From NCBI GenBank assembly GCA_014799675.1, contig JAAVHM010000014.1, positions 3,836 through 51,895 of the forward strand: DNA of 48,060 nucleotides, given 5' to 3'. This DNA is from Ruminococcus sp. (lineage in GTDB: Bacteria > Bacillota > Clostridia > Oscillospirales > Ruminococcaceae). Below, piece by piece: positions 15,967-23,291 of the stretch. How positions within the stretch are numbered: position 1 is the stretch's first letter; each line of letters starts with the position of its first letter. Both the position numbers and the translations under genes were made by a program. The notes under the pieces were generated by a model that was given only the letters and a program-made list of their open reading frames with translations, did not search any database and was not told where the DNA came from.

Positions 15967-18003
15967 TTAAAACGCTATTCCCGCCGCTGTCAGCAGGGCT
16001 GCTGCCGCCGCTGTCAGGATTATTCTGAATATCAGCCATGCCTTGTAATCCGTGCCGAATCTTCCCGAAATAATTATGAAATCCGAAAGACATTTTATAC
16101 CGCACCTTTCCGCCGCCGCGGCGCAAACCGACCGCACCGAGGAAGCCGCCGAGGAAGCCGCAAATGCTGTGTCCACCTCGGTAAGGACTTTTATATCGCG
16201 GAGGATAGCCCCCGCAAAGCAGATCTTCACGCCTGTGTTTCTTGCCGCCTTGACGAGCCGCATTTTGTCACGCTCAACGGCGCACGCAACCGCCTTGATG
16301 TCCCCGAACTTTTTCGCAAGGTCAATATCGCTCATATTTTTAAGCTGTTTCGAGGTAAGAATTACTCCGCCACTCTTTTTTATTCCCGCATATTTTGCTG
16401 TAAAAACAGCGTTCTCGCGGCTGCTTCCCGTAACGAGAACTACCTTTATTCCCGATTTTGAAAGCCGTTCCACGCACTCTGCGGACTCCTCGTAATAGCT
16501 GTCCTGCAAGGCGATAAGCCCGATAAGCGTAAAGCTTCCCTCGGGGAAACGTCCGCCCTTTATTCCTTTATTTGTAAACGCTATTGCTTCCACGTCCTTG
16601 CCCGACAGGGAAATCGCGTCCGCAAGCTTCTGCAAAGCTTTCTTGTTGGTGATCTTATGCCGCTTGCCGTCCGCGCCGTGATAGTCGCCGCACCGTTCCA
16701 GAAGCTTTTCCGACTCGCCTCTTATTATTGTGACAAGCTCGCCGCCGAGGGAGACCGTTGCTCCCTGCAAGCCGTTGTCCCCCGCTTCGGACTGCTTTTT
16801 CAGCACGTCCCTGCGCTTCATGCCGTCCTTGACAAATTCAAGCATGGCGTTGTCAAAGGGGTTTCTGCCCCTAACCGTTCCGTCGGGGAGAAGCTGTGCG
16901 CTGAAAATGCTCAGGACTGCGGTTTTAAGGAGCTTTCCGAGACTGCCGCCTATTTCGCTGAAGCTGGAATATTCCTTGCCGTCGCCGTCGATAAAGCCGC
17001 TTACGGAATATTCGCCCTTTGTGAAAATGCCCGTTTTGCCCGTCAGCAGGACTGTTGTCTTTGCCGCATTTTCAAGGGCTTCGGGCTTTGAAACGGAAAC
17101 TCCCGCCTTTGCAAGCCGCTTTACCGCCTTTGCCGCAAAGGCTTCGCAAGCCAGAGCCTTTCCGCCAATGCAGGAAAACGCCAGCACCGCCGCGCCCAAA
17201 GAAAGTCCCTTTAAAAAGCCGCCGAGGACGCTCCCGCTTGTTGCGCCTATCATCAAAAAAATCACTATGACAATTGCCGCAAGCGCGCCGCCCGCGACAC
17301 CGGAAGAGTTTGCCAAATCGGAAAAATTCTGCTCGGAAATGCGTATCGGCTTGTCCTCGAGACGCTTTGCAAGCTGTGTATTGTCGCCTATCGCGGTAAT
17401 TCTTATTATTCCGCCGCCCGAACAGACCGTTGTGCCGCTGTACACGCAGTAGGGATTGTCGGGGTTTAACATTCCGTTGTCGCGGTAGCCCTCGGGGGCT
17501 GTCCCCTTTTGCATTCTGCCGATAACGCCGAACACGGACTGGTCTACCGTAACCGTGCCGTCCTCCATTATTCCGTCGGCGGGGATAACGTCCTCGGCGG
17601 AAATATATACCAGGTCGCCTACCGTCAGTTCCTCGGCGCGGAGGTCAACGGTCTTGTCCATGCCGCGAAAGACCGCATACACACCGTTTTCGGAGGAACG
17701 CGCCGCCCTGTACAGCAGATTGTTGGAACGGTGACGTATCAAGCCGTTCACCAATGCTGACAAAACCGCAGCTGCGGCGGGGATAACAATTACCTCCGCG
17801 GGGCTTTTTGGGACAGCTTCAAGCAAGCCCAGCATGAAAGTTATCGCACCTATCAATGCCGAGATCACAAAAAGCTTTGCCGTAAGGGAGGTAAAGCCCA
17901 TTATCAGGCTTTGTCCCCAAAAACGGTTATATGAACGGACGTTGCGCCCGTATTTTTGTTTTGACGCTTCTGCTTCTCTTTCTGTCAGTCCCGAAAAAGC
18001 CAT
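15967..18003 (-). CDS. P-type ATPase homolog with degenerate catalytic motifs (predicted non-pumping)
   Basis: 678 aa. The N-terminus GLTEREAEASKQKYGRN and the actuator-like GDLVYISAEDVIPADG...VDQS are P-type hallmarks. However, DKTGT is TGKTG (Gly322 at the phospho-Asp position), TGES is FGVIG, PEGL is IGGKAL, TGD is TGS and GDGxND is AGAILRD. Only one TM follows the P-domain. Confidence 0.75.
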   Translation of the reverse strand: MAFSGLTEREAEASKQKYGRNVRSYNRFWGQSLIMGFTSLTAKLFVISALIGAITFMLGLLEAVPKSPAEVIVIPAAAAVLSALVNGLIRHRSNNLLYRAARSSENGVYAVFRGMDKTVDLRAEELTVGDLVYISAEDVIPADGIMEDGTVTVDQSVFGVIGRMQKGTAPEGYRDNGMLNPDNPYCVYSGTTVCSGGGIIRITAIGDNTQLAKRLEDKPIRISEQNFSDLANSSGVAGGALAAIVIVIFLMIGATSGSVLGGFLKGLSLGAAVLAFSCIGGKALACEAFAAKAVKRLAKAGVSVSKPEALENAAKTTVLLTGKTGIFTKGEYSVSGFIDGDGKEYSSFSEIGGSLGKLLKTAVLSIFSAQLLPDGTVRGRNPFDNAMLEFVKDGMKRRDVLKKQSEAGDNGLQGATVSLGGELVTIIRGESEKLLERCGDYHGADGKRHKITNKKALQKLADAISLSGKDVEAIAFTNKGIKGGRFPEGSFTLIGLIALQDSYYEESAECVERLSKSGIKVVLVTGSSRENAVFTAKYAGIKKSGGVILTSKQLKNMSDIDLAKKFGDIKAVACAVERDKMRLVKAARNTGVKICFAGAILRDIKVLTEVDTAFAASSAASSVRSVCAAAAERCGIKCLSDFIIISGRFGTDYKAWLIFRIILTAAAAALLTAAGIAF

Positions 18004-18020
18004 AGCTGTACTCCTTTTTT

Positions 18021-18103
18021 AGAGATTAGAATTTAGAGGATAGAAATTAGAAGCAAGAATCGAACAGTGTATTTTTATCTTGCTTTATGAATCTTTCCTC
18101 TTG
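18021..18103. repeat. WAGARGC heptad hairpin in the 5' leader of the ATPase-like gene
   Basis: Reads TAGAGAT TAGAATT TAGAGGA TAGAAAT TAGAAGC AAGAATC, faced by the pyrimidine arm ATCTTGCTTTATGAATCTTTCCTCTTG. Confidence 0.6.
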
Positions 18104-18108
18104 AAAAT

Positions 18109-18171
18109 AAACTAACGGTTTCCATTAGCATACTTATAGTTTAATAAACATACTAACAGTTTACTAATAAA
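18109..18171. repeat. AYAGTKK-related array at the kinase 3' end
   Basis: Contains AAACTAACGGTTTC and ACTAACAGTTTAC. These are inverted copies of the blocks GAACCGATAGTTT and ACTGTTAGT at 15925-15966. Confidence 0.5.
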
Positions 18172-19633
18172 TTTTTACTTTTATAAGCATTCCGCGCTCG
18201 CCGCGAAAGGCTCTGAACATAGTTCCGTCCGTGATGCGTATTGCCTGACCTGCGGGGACGGGGTTGCCCGACGGCGACAACAGCCCCTCGGCGTGCTGAT
18301 TTACCAGAAACCACTCGCCGCCGTGGCAGCAGACATACGCCTGCAAGCTTTTGTCCGCCTTTTCGTCGGCAAAAATATTGCTCTGCAAGTGCCACTTGAA
18401 CAGCGGCGTGTTATGTACCACGTCAAGCTCGGAATATTTCCTCCACTCCCCCGAATGCCCCCTGACCTCGGAATTCATCTCAAAGCGGACAATGCTTTTT
18501 TCCGCAATTCTCGTGCCGCAGAACGGACAGACAGGGTTGTTCACGTCATGGAGGACAAACCATTTTTTGTCGCACTGCGGGTTCGCGCATTTGTGGAGCA
18601 AGTCCCATGTTTTCACAAGACCGCGCTCCCACTCCATTGCCGAGGGGCGCAGAGGCGGGTTATGAAGACCGTCCACAAACGCCCTTATAAAAAGGTTTTC
18701 CAGTATGGGTCCCAAGTCCTTAATGGTGGTTTTCAGATTTTGTGGACGGTTCGATGTGTCGTTTGGATTTTCTATAAACAGAGCCATTTCGCCAAGTCCG
18801 AGGAAATCGTCCTTTTCGGCGGATTCCGCGGAGAAAATTTTAGGTCCCATAAGGGGGTGGCGGCAGAAAAGATACTCATAAATAAGCACCGCCAACGCGT
18901 GCAGATCGGTTGATGAGCTTGGTATCATTCGTCTCGGGTCGCTTCGGTCAAGCTCCATTGTTGAGAGGACTTCGGGGGCGATATACCCTCTTGTTCCCGC
19001 GACCTCGGGAGGGAAAAGCCCAGGCACTACCAGCGAGTCGATGTCGATAACAACGCAGTTCCCCGACTTCGGGTCTATGAGGACGTTGTTGTTGGAAAGG
19101 TCGGAATGGGCAAGTCCCGCCTGATGAAGCCGCCTTATTGAACGGGACAGCAGCAGGGACATCTGTATCATGGAACGGAAATCCCCAAGCTCGTTCTTGT
19201 TCAGGAAACGCCTGTTGCCCGAGGTGAACCAGTTGCTCTTTTTGTCCTTGCCCTTAAGGTCGAGGAACTGGGAGGCTTCCTTTTCAAAGAAAAAGCTTTT
19301 CGGGTATGCGGGGGAAACTATGCCGAACTCGGGTGAGACCACCAGATCGGTAGGCCAGCAGAACCTTGCCGCAAAATAGCTTGCAAGCTTTTCGTCGTTG
19401 CCGATCGCCCCTCCCTTTGACTCGGGAATGGTGGGGTTGTAACGTCCGATTATCGCCTCCAAGCGGGCGGTCATGTTGCGGTCTATCTTGTTCGGCTCGT
19501 TGAAAAACTGCACCACATAGGACTTGTCGGGGGCAAAATATGTGTATTTCATACCTCCGCGGGGAGGGTTATCCGTCACTACATAGGGTATTTTTCTGCC
19601 GTCCGCAAGCGTTGCTTCAACGGTCTTTTCCAT
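18164..19633 (-). CDS. atypical Ser/Thr protein kinase-like protein with C-terminal Zn-ribbon and beta-rich domain
   Basis: 489 aa. Catalytic loop HSDLSNNNVL, DFG-equivalent IDIDS, activation-segment GYIAPEV, then CANPQC-x14-CPFC and a 115-aa tail. No clear GxGxxG loop. ATG preceded by GGGAGGA. Confidence 0.8.
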   Translation of the reverse strand: MEKTVEATLADGRKIPYVVTDNPPRGGMKYTYFAPDKSYVVQFFNEPNKIDRNMTARLEAIIGRYNPTIPESKGGAIGNDEKLASYFAARFCWPTDLVVSPEFGIVSPAYPKSFFFEKEASQFLDLKGKDKKSNWFTSGNRRFLNKNELGDFRSMIQMSLLLSRSIRRLHQAGLAHSDLSNNNVLIDPKSGNCVVIDIDSLVVPGLFPPEVAGTRGYIAPEVLSTMELDRSDPRRMIPSSSTDLHALAVLIYEYLFCRHPLMGPKIFSAESAEKDDFLGLGEMALFIENPNDTSNRPQNLKTTIKDLGPILENLFIRAFVDGLHNPPLRPSAMEWERGLVKTWDLLHKCANPQCDKKWFVLHDVNNPVCPFCGTRIAEKSIVRFEMNSEVRGHSGEWRKYSELDVVHNTPLFKWHLQSNIFADEKADKSLQAYVCCHGGEWFLVNQHAEGLLSPSGNPVPAGQAIRITDGTMFRAFRGERGMLIKVKIY

Positions 19634-19648
19634 AATATTCCTCCCGAA

Positions 19649-20926
19649 TTACTTCACGTTTACCAGTACCAGAGTTCTGTCGTCAAATGAACCGCGCTCC
19701 ACATAGTTGTCAAGCCAAAGCTTCAGCATTTCGTGGCGTTCCTTTTCGTGTACAATGTCAAATTTTTCAAGAGAAGCCCTTTTCTGAACGTCGGGTCTCT
19801 GCCAAAGTCCTTTAAGGTCGAATCTTCCCTCGGCAATGATATTTTTTGCATATTGAAGGGCGTACTTGACGTCCCCGTCGTTGACCCAAGGGTAAGCCAC
19901 AGGCTCGGGGATCTTCACCTCGTCCATAAGGGAAATGCCGTTGTCGTGTATATCCATAATTCCGTTAAGCTTCAGGTCGAGGACAAGCTTCAGAAGCTGT
20001 GGGTTGTTGGGGTAATAGTCGTCCGCAACGCCGTCCGTCATAAGCATGAGGGACGTCATTTTGCCCCTGCGTATCTTCGTCCTGCTTTTAAGGCTGTCGG
20101 GGGTACGCATCTGCTCGGAGGTGATAAATTCGGTTTCCCCCGCAAAGCTGCCGCTGTCCGCCCCGCCGAGAATTATCAGGGCATTTTCAAACTCCGCGTT
20201 TTCGTCTACGGCGGCTATCATGCCGTCTCCAAGCTGTATGGCGGCTGTAAAATATTCCCTGCCGTTTTCCGTTTCAACAGGTATTACCGCAGCCACAAGC
20301 AGGGTGCTTGAAAAGTCCTTTAATTCGGGCTTTCTGCCTATCGCCTGCTCAAATTCGGCGATGTCCTTACGCTTGTCAAAAGCCGCGTCCACGGCGGCGA
20401 AAGCCTCGGTGCAGCTGTCCCGCAAAAGTCCCGCAAGCTCCGAGCAGACCGCGGAAAATTCCGTATCGTCAAAGGGCTTGCCCAATGCTTCCCTGTAATT
20501 GGGGGTACTCCGTTCAATGGCGGCAAGCCGCGCCTTTGCGTACCTTATAACAGCGTCGCAAGCCGCCCGCGCGCCTATTCTCGAAAAGGGCTTTGAACCT
20601 GCTCCGTCCGCGGCGGCAGCGACAAGGACGCCGTTTTCAATATCGAAAGCAAAATTATCGTCGCAGTTCGTACCGTCGTGCTTGTGCTTCTTGCCCCTGA
20701 CCGCGGCGGCGATAACGTCAAAATTCCCGTCGCTTTTTGCTTCGCAGGAAAATTCGGGGTACGGCTCGGGACTGTCGGGTACCGGGTTATATTTCCACAT
20801 TGCGGCGGTATGGGCGGTAACGTCGCTGTCGGTCAAAGCTTCGGCAGCATTTTCCGAAACATTTTCAACAACAGCCTCTGCATTATTATTGTTATTATTT
20901 TCCATTTGCCTGACCGTTCCTTTCAC
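19649..20926 (-). CDS. PP2C-family protein phosphatase
   Basis: AAAADGAGSKPF, LMLMTDGVADDY and a C-terminal DDRTLVLV match PP2C metal-binding motifs. The N-terminus is poly-Asn rich. The GTG start at 20926 overlaps the radical SAM stop by 4 nt; an alternative ATG lies at 20905. Confidence 0.8.
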   Translation of the reverse strand: MKGTVRQMENNNNNNAEAVVENVSENAAEALTDSDVTAHTAAMWKYNPVPDSPEPYPEFSCEAKSDGNFDVIAAAVRGKKHKHDGTNCDDNFAFDIENGVLVAAAADGAGSKPFSRIGARAACDAVIRYAKARLAAIERSTPNYREALGKPFDDTEFSAVCSELAGLLRDSCTEAFAAVDAAFDKRKDIAEFEQAIGRKPELKDFSSTLLVAAVIPVETENGREYFTAAIQLGDGMIAAVDENAEFENALIILGGADSGSFAGETEFITSEQMRTPDSLKSRTKIRRGKMTSLMLMTDGVADDYYPNNPQLLKLVLDLKLNGIMDIHDNGISLMDEVKIPEPVAYPWVNDGDVKYALQYAKNIIAEGRFDLKGLWQRPDVQKRASLEKFDIVHEKERHEMLKLWLDNYVERGSFDDRTLVLVNVK

Positions 20927-21696
20927 AATGTTTTTTGAGGTTCAAAGGGAGAGTAATTTTCAATAATATCTAAAATATGGCTTTTATATAAATTTCCGCC
21001 GAGAACGTCTCCGTTGGGACAAACGCTTACAGCGCGTATATCCTCGGGGTTTTCCTCGTATGGGTTTTCCTGCTCTGCACCGTCGGGAAAATATTCTCCC
21101 AAATATTTCAAGGCATTTCCGCTTGGGAAAATAATATTTCCGTCGGCACGTTCTATCCCCATTTTGTCAAATTCCGATAAAATTTCCCGCGTTTTTATAT
21201 TGTAGGGATTGTCGTCCTCTTTGCTCACAAGCCATGCGGGATTGGTACGAATCCACACGCCTGCGGCTTTTACCGCTTCCGCAAAAAGCTTTACCGTATC
21301 GAGAGGGATAGTTTCCTGATGAAAAGCGTCAACAGAGAGCAGTACCGCATTTACGCCGCTGTCCGCAAGATTTTTTGCAACGCGCCGAATTTTATCGTTG
21401 TCTTTGCTGAAAAAACCGTTCGTTATAAGCTGTCTTTTGGGAATACCCATATCCCTTGCGGCAGCGTGAATTTTACAGACCGCTTCGGGGTACAGCAAAG
21501 GCTCACCGCCGAATGTCATCATGGAAGTTATTTCAAACCCGCCGCAAAGCTCACGGACTGCGTTTGCCGCAATATCGCCGTCGATATGCTCGCCGCTGCC
21601 CAAATGTTCTCCCTCGGAGCAGTGCCTGCACCGTCCCGTACAGGCGAAGGTTACAACGAATTCCAGCCTGTTCAGGTTTTTCAGATATTTGTTCAA
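20923..21696 (-). CDS. radical SAM enzyme, small, no SPASM/auxiliary cluster domain
   Basis: 257 aa. CTGRCRHC (CxxxCxxC) at residues 19-26 and a FGGEPLL SAM-binding motif. TTG start follows GGGGGAAAGG, 12 nt after the vWA stop. Confidence 0.85.
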   Translation of the reverse strand: MNKYLKNLNRLEFVVTFACTGRCRHCSEGEHLGSGEHIDGDIAANAVRELCGGFEITSMMTFGGEPLLYPEAVCKIHAAARDMGIPKRQLITNGFFSKDNDKIRRVAKNLADSGVNAVLLSVDAFHQETIPLDTVKLFAEAVKAAGVWIRTNPAWLVSKEDDNPYNIKTREILSEFDKMGIERADGNIIFPSGNALKYLGEYFPDGAEQENPYEENPEDIRAVSVCPNGDVLGGNLYKSHILDIIENYSPFEPQKTL

Positions 21697-21708
21697 AGCC
21701 TTTCCCCC

Positions 21709-22350
21709 TTACGGTACTATCACGAAGCCTTGGGGAGGAGGCGGAAGCTCGATATTTGCCCCAGGCTTTGCGTCAAGGCTCTTTGAGGACATTTTAACGG
21801 AGCTTGAAACCCATGCAAAAAACTGCGCCAAGTCCCCTGCCGATAGGGTGTTCATAAGGAGAACGCACTCGGTTATTTCCTTGAGGACTTTCGTGTCCGC
21901 ATACGCTCCCGCCGCGCAGGCGATAATGTTTGCGGGGTGGGTGCTTTTCAGCTCTGCGGCGGCTTCGCGCCACTCGTCGGTAGGCGCGCCGTCCGTAAGA
22001 ATAAATACCAAAGGCTTCCAGTCGCCCTTTTGGGTCTCGGTGGACTTCCTGACCTCGGAGCGTATACACTCGGTGAGAAGTCTCAGCGCCGCGCCGAGAG
22101 CAGTTGCTCCCCCTGCGCTAAGCTGCGGTTCTTTAAAAAGCATAAGCTCGGTGAGGGGGCTGACCTGCCTTGCGCTGGAATTAAATGTAATTACCGAAAG
22201 ATAAGCTGTTTCAAGAGCCTGGGGGTCTCCCCTAAGCTCGGAAGTAAGCGCGCGGACGCCGTGCTTTACGGCTTCAATAGGGTCTCCCGCCATTGAACCG
22301 GAAACGTCCAGAAGAAGATAAACGGGAAGTCGTCTTGAAAATTCGGACAT
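21709..22350 (-). CDS. TerY-like von Willebrand factor A domain protein
   Basis: 213 aa. MIDAS motif DVSGSM at residues 15-20, ITFNS, ILTDGAPTD, and a C-terminal PPPPQGF tail; the size is typical of TerY/YegL. Confidence 0.85.
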   Translation of the reverse strand: MSEFSRRLPVYLLLDVSGSMAGDPIEAVKHGVRALTSELRGDPQALETAYLSVITFNSSARQVSPLTELMLFKEPQLSAGGATALGAALRLLTECIRSEVRKSTETQKGDWKPLVFILTDGAPTDEWREAAAELKSTHPANIIACAAGAYADTKVLKEITECVLLMNTLSAGDLAQFFAWVSSSVKMSSKSLDAKPGANIELPPPPQGFVIVP

Positions 22351-22410
22351 AATTTATACCTGCTTTCTATTCAAAAAATAAGTCAAGCTTCAAAAACCAT
22401 ATACAATAAA

Positions 22411-22439
22411 ATTATACAACTTTTCGGTAATAATGTCAA
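22411..22439 (-). promoter_or_regulatory. promoter of the vWA-rSAM-PP2C-kinase operon
   Basis: Minus strand has TTGACA (22434-22439), a 17-nt spacer, then TATAAT (22411-22416), about 60 nt upstream of the vWA ATG. Confidence 0.7.
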
Positions 22440-22458
22440 TTAATTTCCGACAAAAAGT

Positions 22459-22480
22459 AATGACTTCGTCAGAAGTCATT
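22459..22480 (-). terminator. small hairpin upstream of the vWA promoter (possible terminator/insulator)
   Basis: AATGACTTC GTCA GAAGTCATT, followed on the minus strand by ACTTTTTG. Confidence 0.4.
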
Positions 22481-22511
22481 CCAGTTTGTCGATAAAGATA
22501 ATAAATTTTAA

Positions 22512-22624
22512 TTAGCGGAACAACGTTTCTGTAGGGGCGGATTCTATATCCGCCCGCTAAACACCATATCAGAACATTTTAAACGGGCGCATACAGGATG
22601 CGCCCCTACAGACGTTTTGTGTTG
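22512..22624. repeat. GTAGGGGCG-type composite hairpin element, copy 1
   Basis: Outer stem is CAACGTTTCTGTAGGGGCG / CGCCCCTACAGACGTTTTG. It encloses two GC hairpins, GGGCGG-ATTCTATAT-CCGCCC and GGGCGCAT-ACAGG-ATGCGCCC. Confidence 0.7.
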
Positions 22625-22641
22625 ATACGCAAAATTTAAAT

Positions 22642-23205
22642 TTAATCCGCATTTATTTCAAGCTTTTCCTCTTCGTTTTCAAGGGCAAAGCCTATCACCT
22701 TTCTGTAAAAGCCGTCGGGGTCGAGCATTATTTTGTCCCTGATAAGCTTAGCCTGCTCCTCGTCGGGAGCGTACAGCGCAAGACGCATAATATCAAAATT
22801 CACGTCCCTTACAGCGAAGCTTACCTCGCAGCCGTTGCTTGTGGGAATTATCTCCATATCCGCGCGGCTCTCTCTGTCAAGGCGTGCAAAATAGTACACC
22901 GCCGTCTTTAAAAGCTGCTTTCGGAAATAGTAGGGAATTGTGTCGTTGAAATAATCCGCGCCAACTCTGCCCTTTTCTTCAAGCACGATATAGGTTTTGC
23001 CGCCGCGCTCCGTCCTTTTTACGGATCGGTTTTTCAGCAGGACGTCCAGAGCCTCGGTGTAATAAAAATAATTTATGACCTCGCTGTCGAGGACTATCTC
23101 ATAAAGCTGTTCCTCGGTAATATCACGGTTCAGCCTGTTCAGCAGAAAGCACAGAAGCACCTTTACGCCGTGTACCGAATTGAATTCGGGAGTAGTAAAA
23201 TCCAT
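22642..23205 (-). CDS. DUF4364-like (PadR-type winged-helix) protein
   Basis: 187 aa. The N-terminal LLCFLLNRLNRDITEEQLYEIV pattern and the size recall DUF4364. Assignment is from memory only. Confidence 0.45.
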   Translation of the reverse strand: MDFTTPEFNSVHGVKVLLCFLLNRLNRDITEEQLYEIVLDSEVINYFYYTEALDVLLKNRSVKRTERGGKTYIVLEEKGRVGADYFNDTIPYYFRKQLLKTAVYYFARLDRESRADMEIIPTSNGCEVSFAVRDVNFDIMRLALYAPDEEQAKLIRDKIMLDPDGFYRKVIGFALENEEEKLEINAD

Positions 23206-23291
23206 ATTTCAGCAACTCCTTTCCTATTTTTACAAAATATCAAGCCCCCTTGACAGGGGGCATTAATTGTGTGCTGAACAAGAATACCTGC

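Noticed and set aside
15967-18003. Functional cation-transporting P-type ATPase annotation
   Set aside because: The phosphorylated Asp is replaced, and the TGES, PEGL, TGD and GDGxND motifs and TM5-10 are all missing. An automatic 'cation ATPase' label would be misleading.
18021-18171. Heptad arrays considered as a possible CRISPR array or minisatellite-encoded peptide
   Set aside because: The units are 7 nt with no spacers, far too short for CRISPR repeats. No cas genes are in the window. Period 7 breaks any reading frame.
13416-22350. Classical tellurite-resistance operon (terZABCDE)
   Set aside because: Only a TerD-like domain and a TerY-like vWA protein are present. No TerA, TerB, TerC or tandem TerD/E/Z paralogs were recognised, so the locus is not the canonical ter operon.
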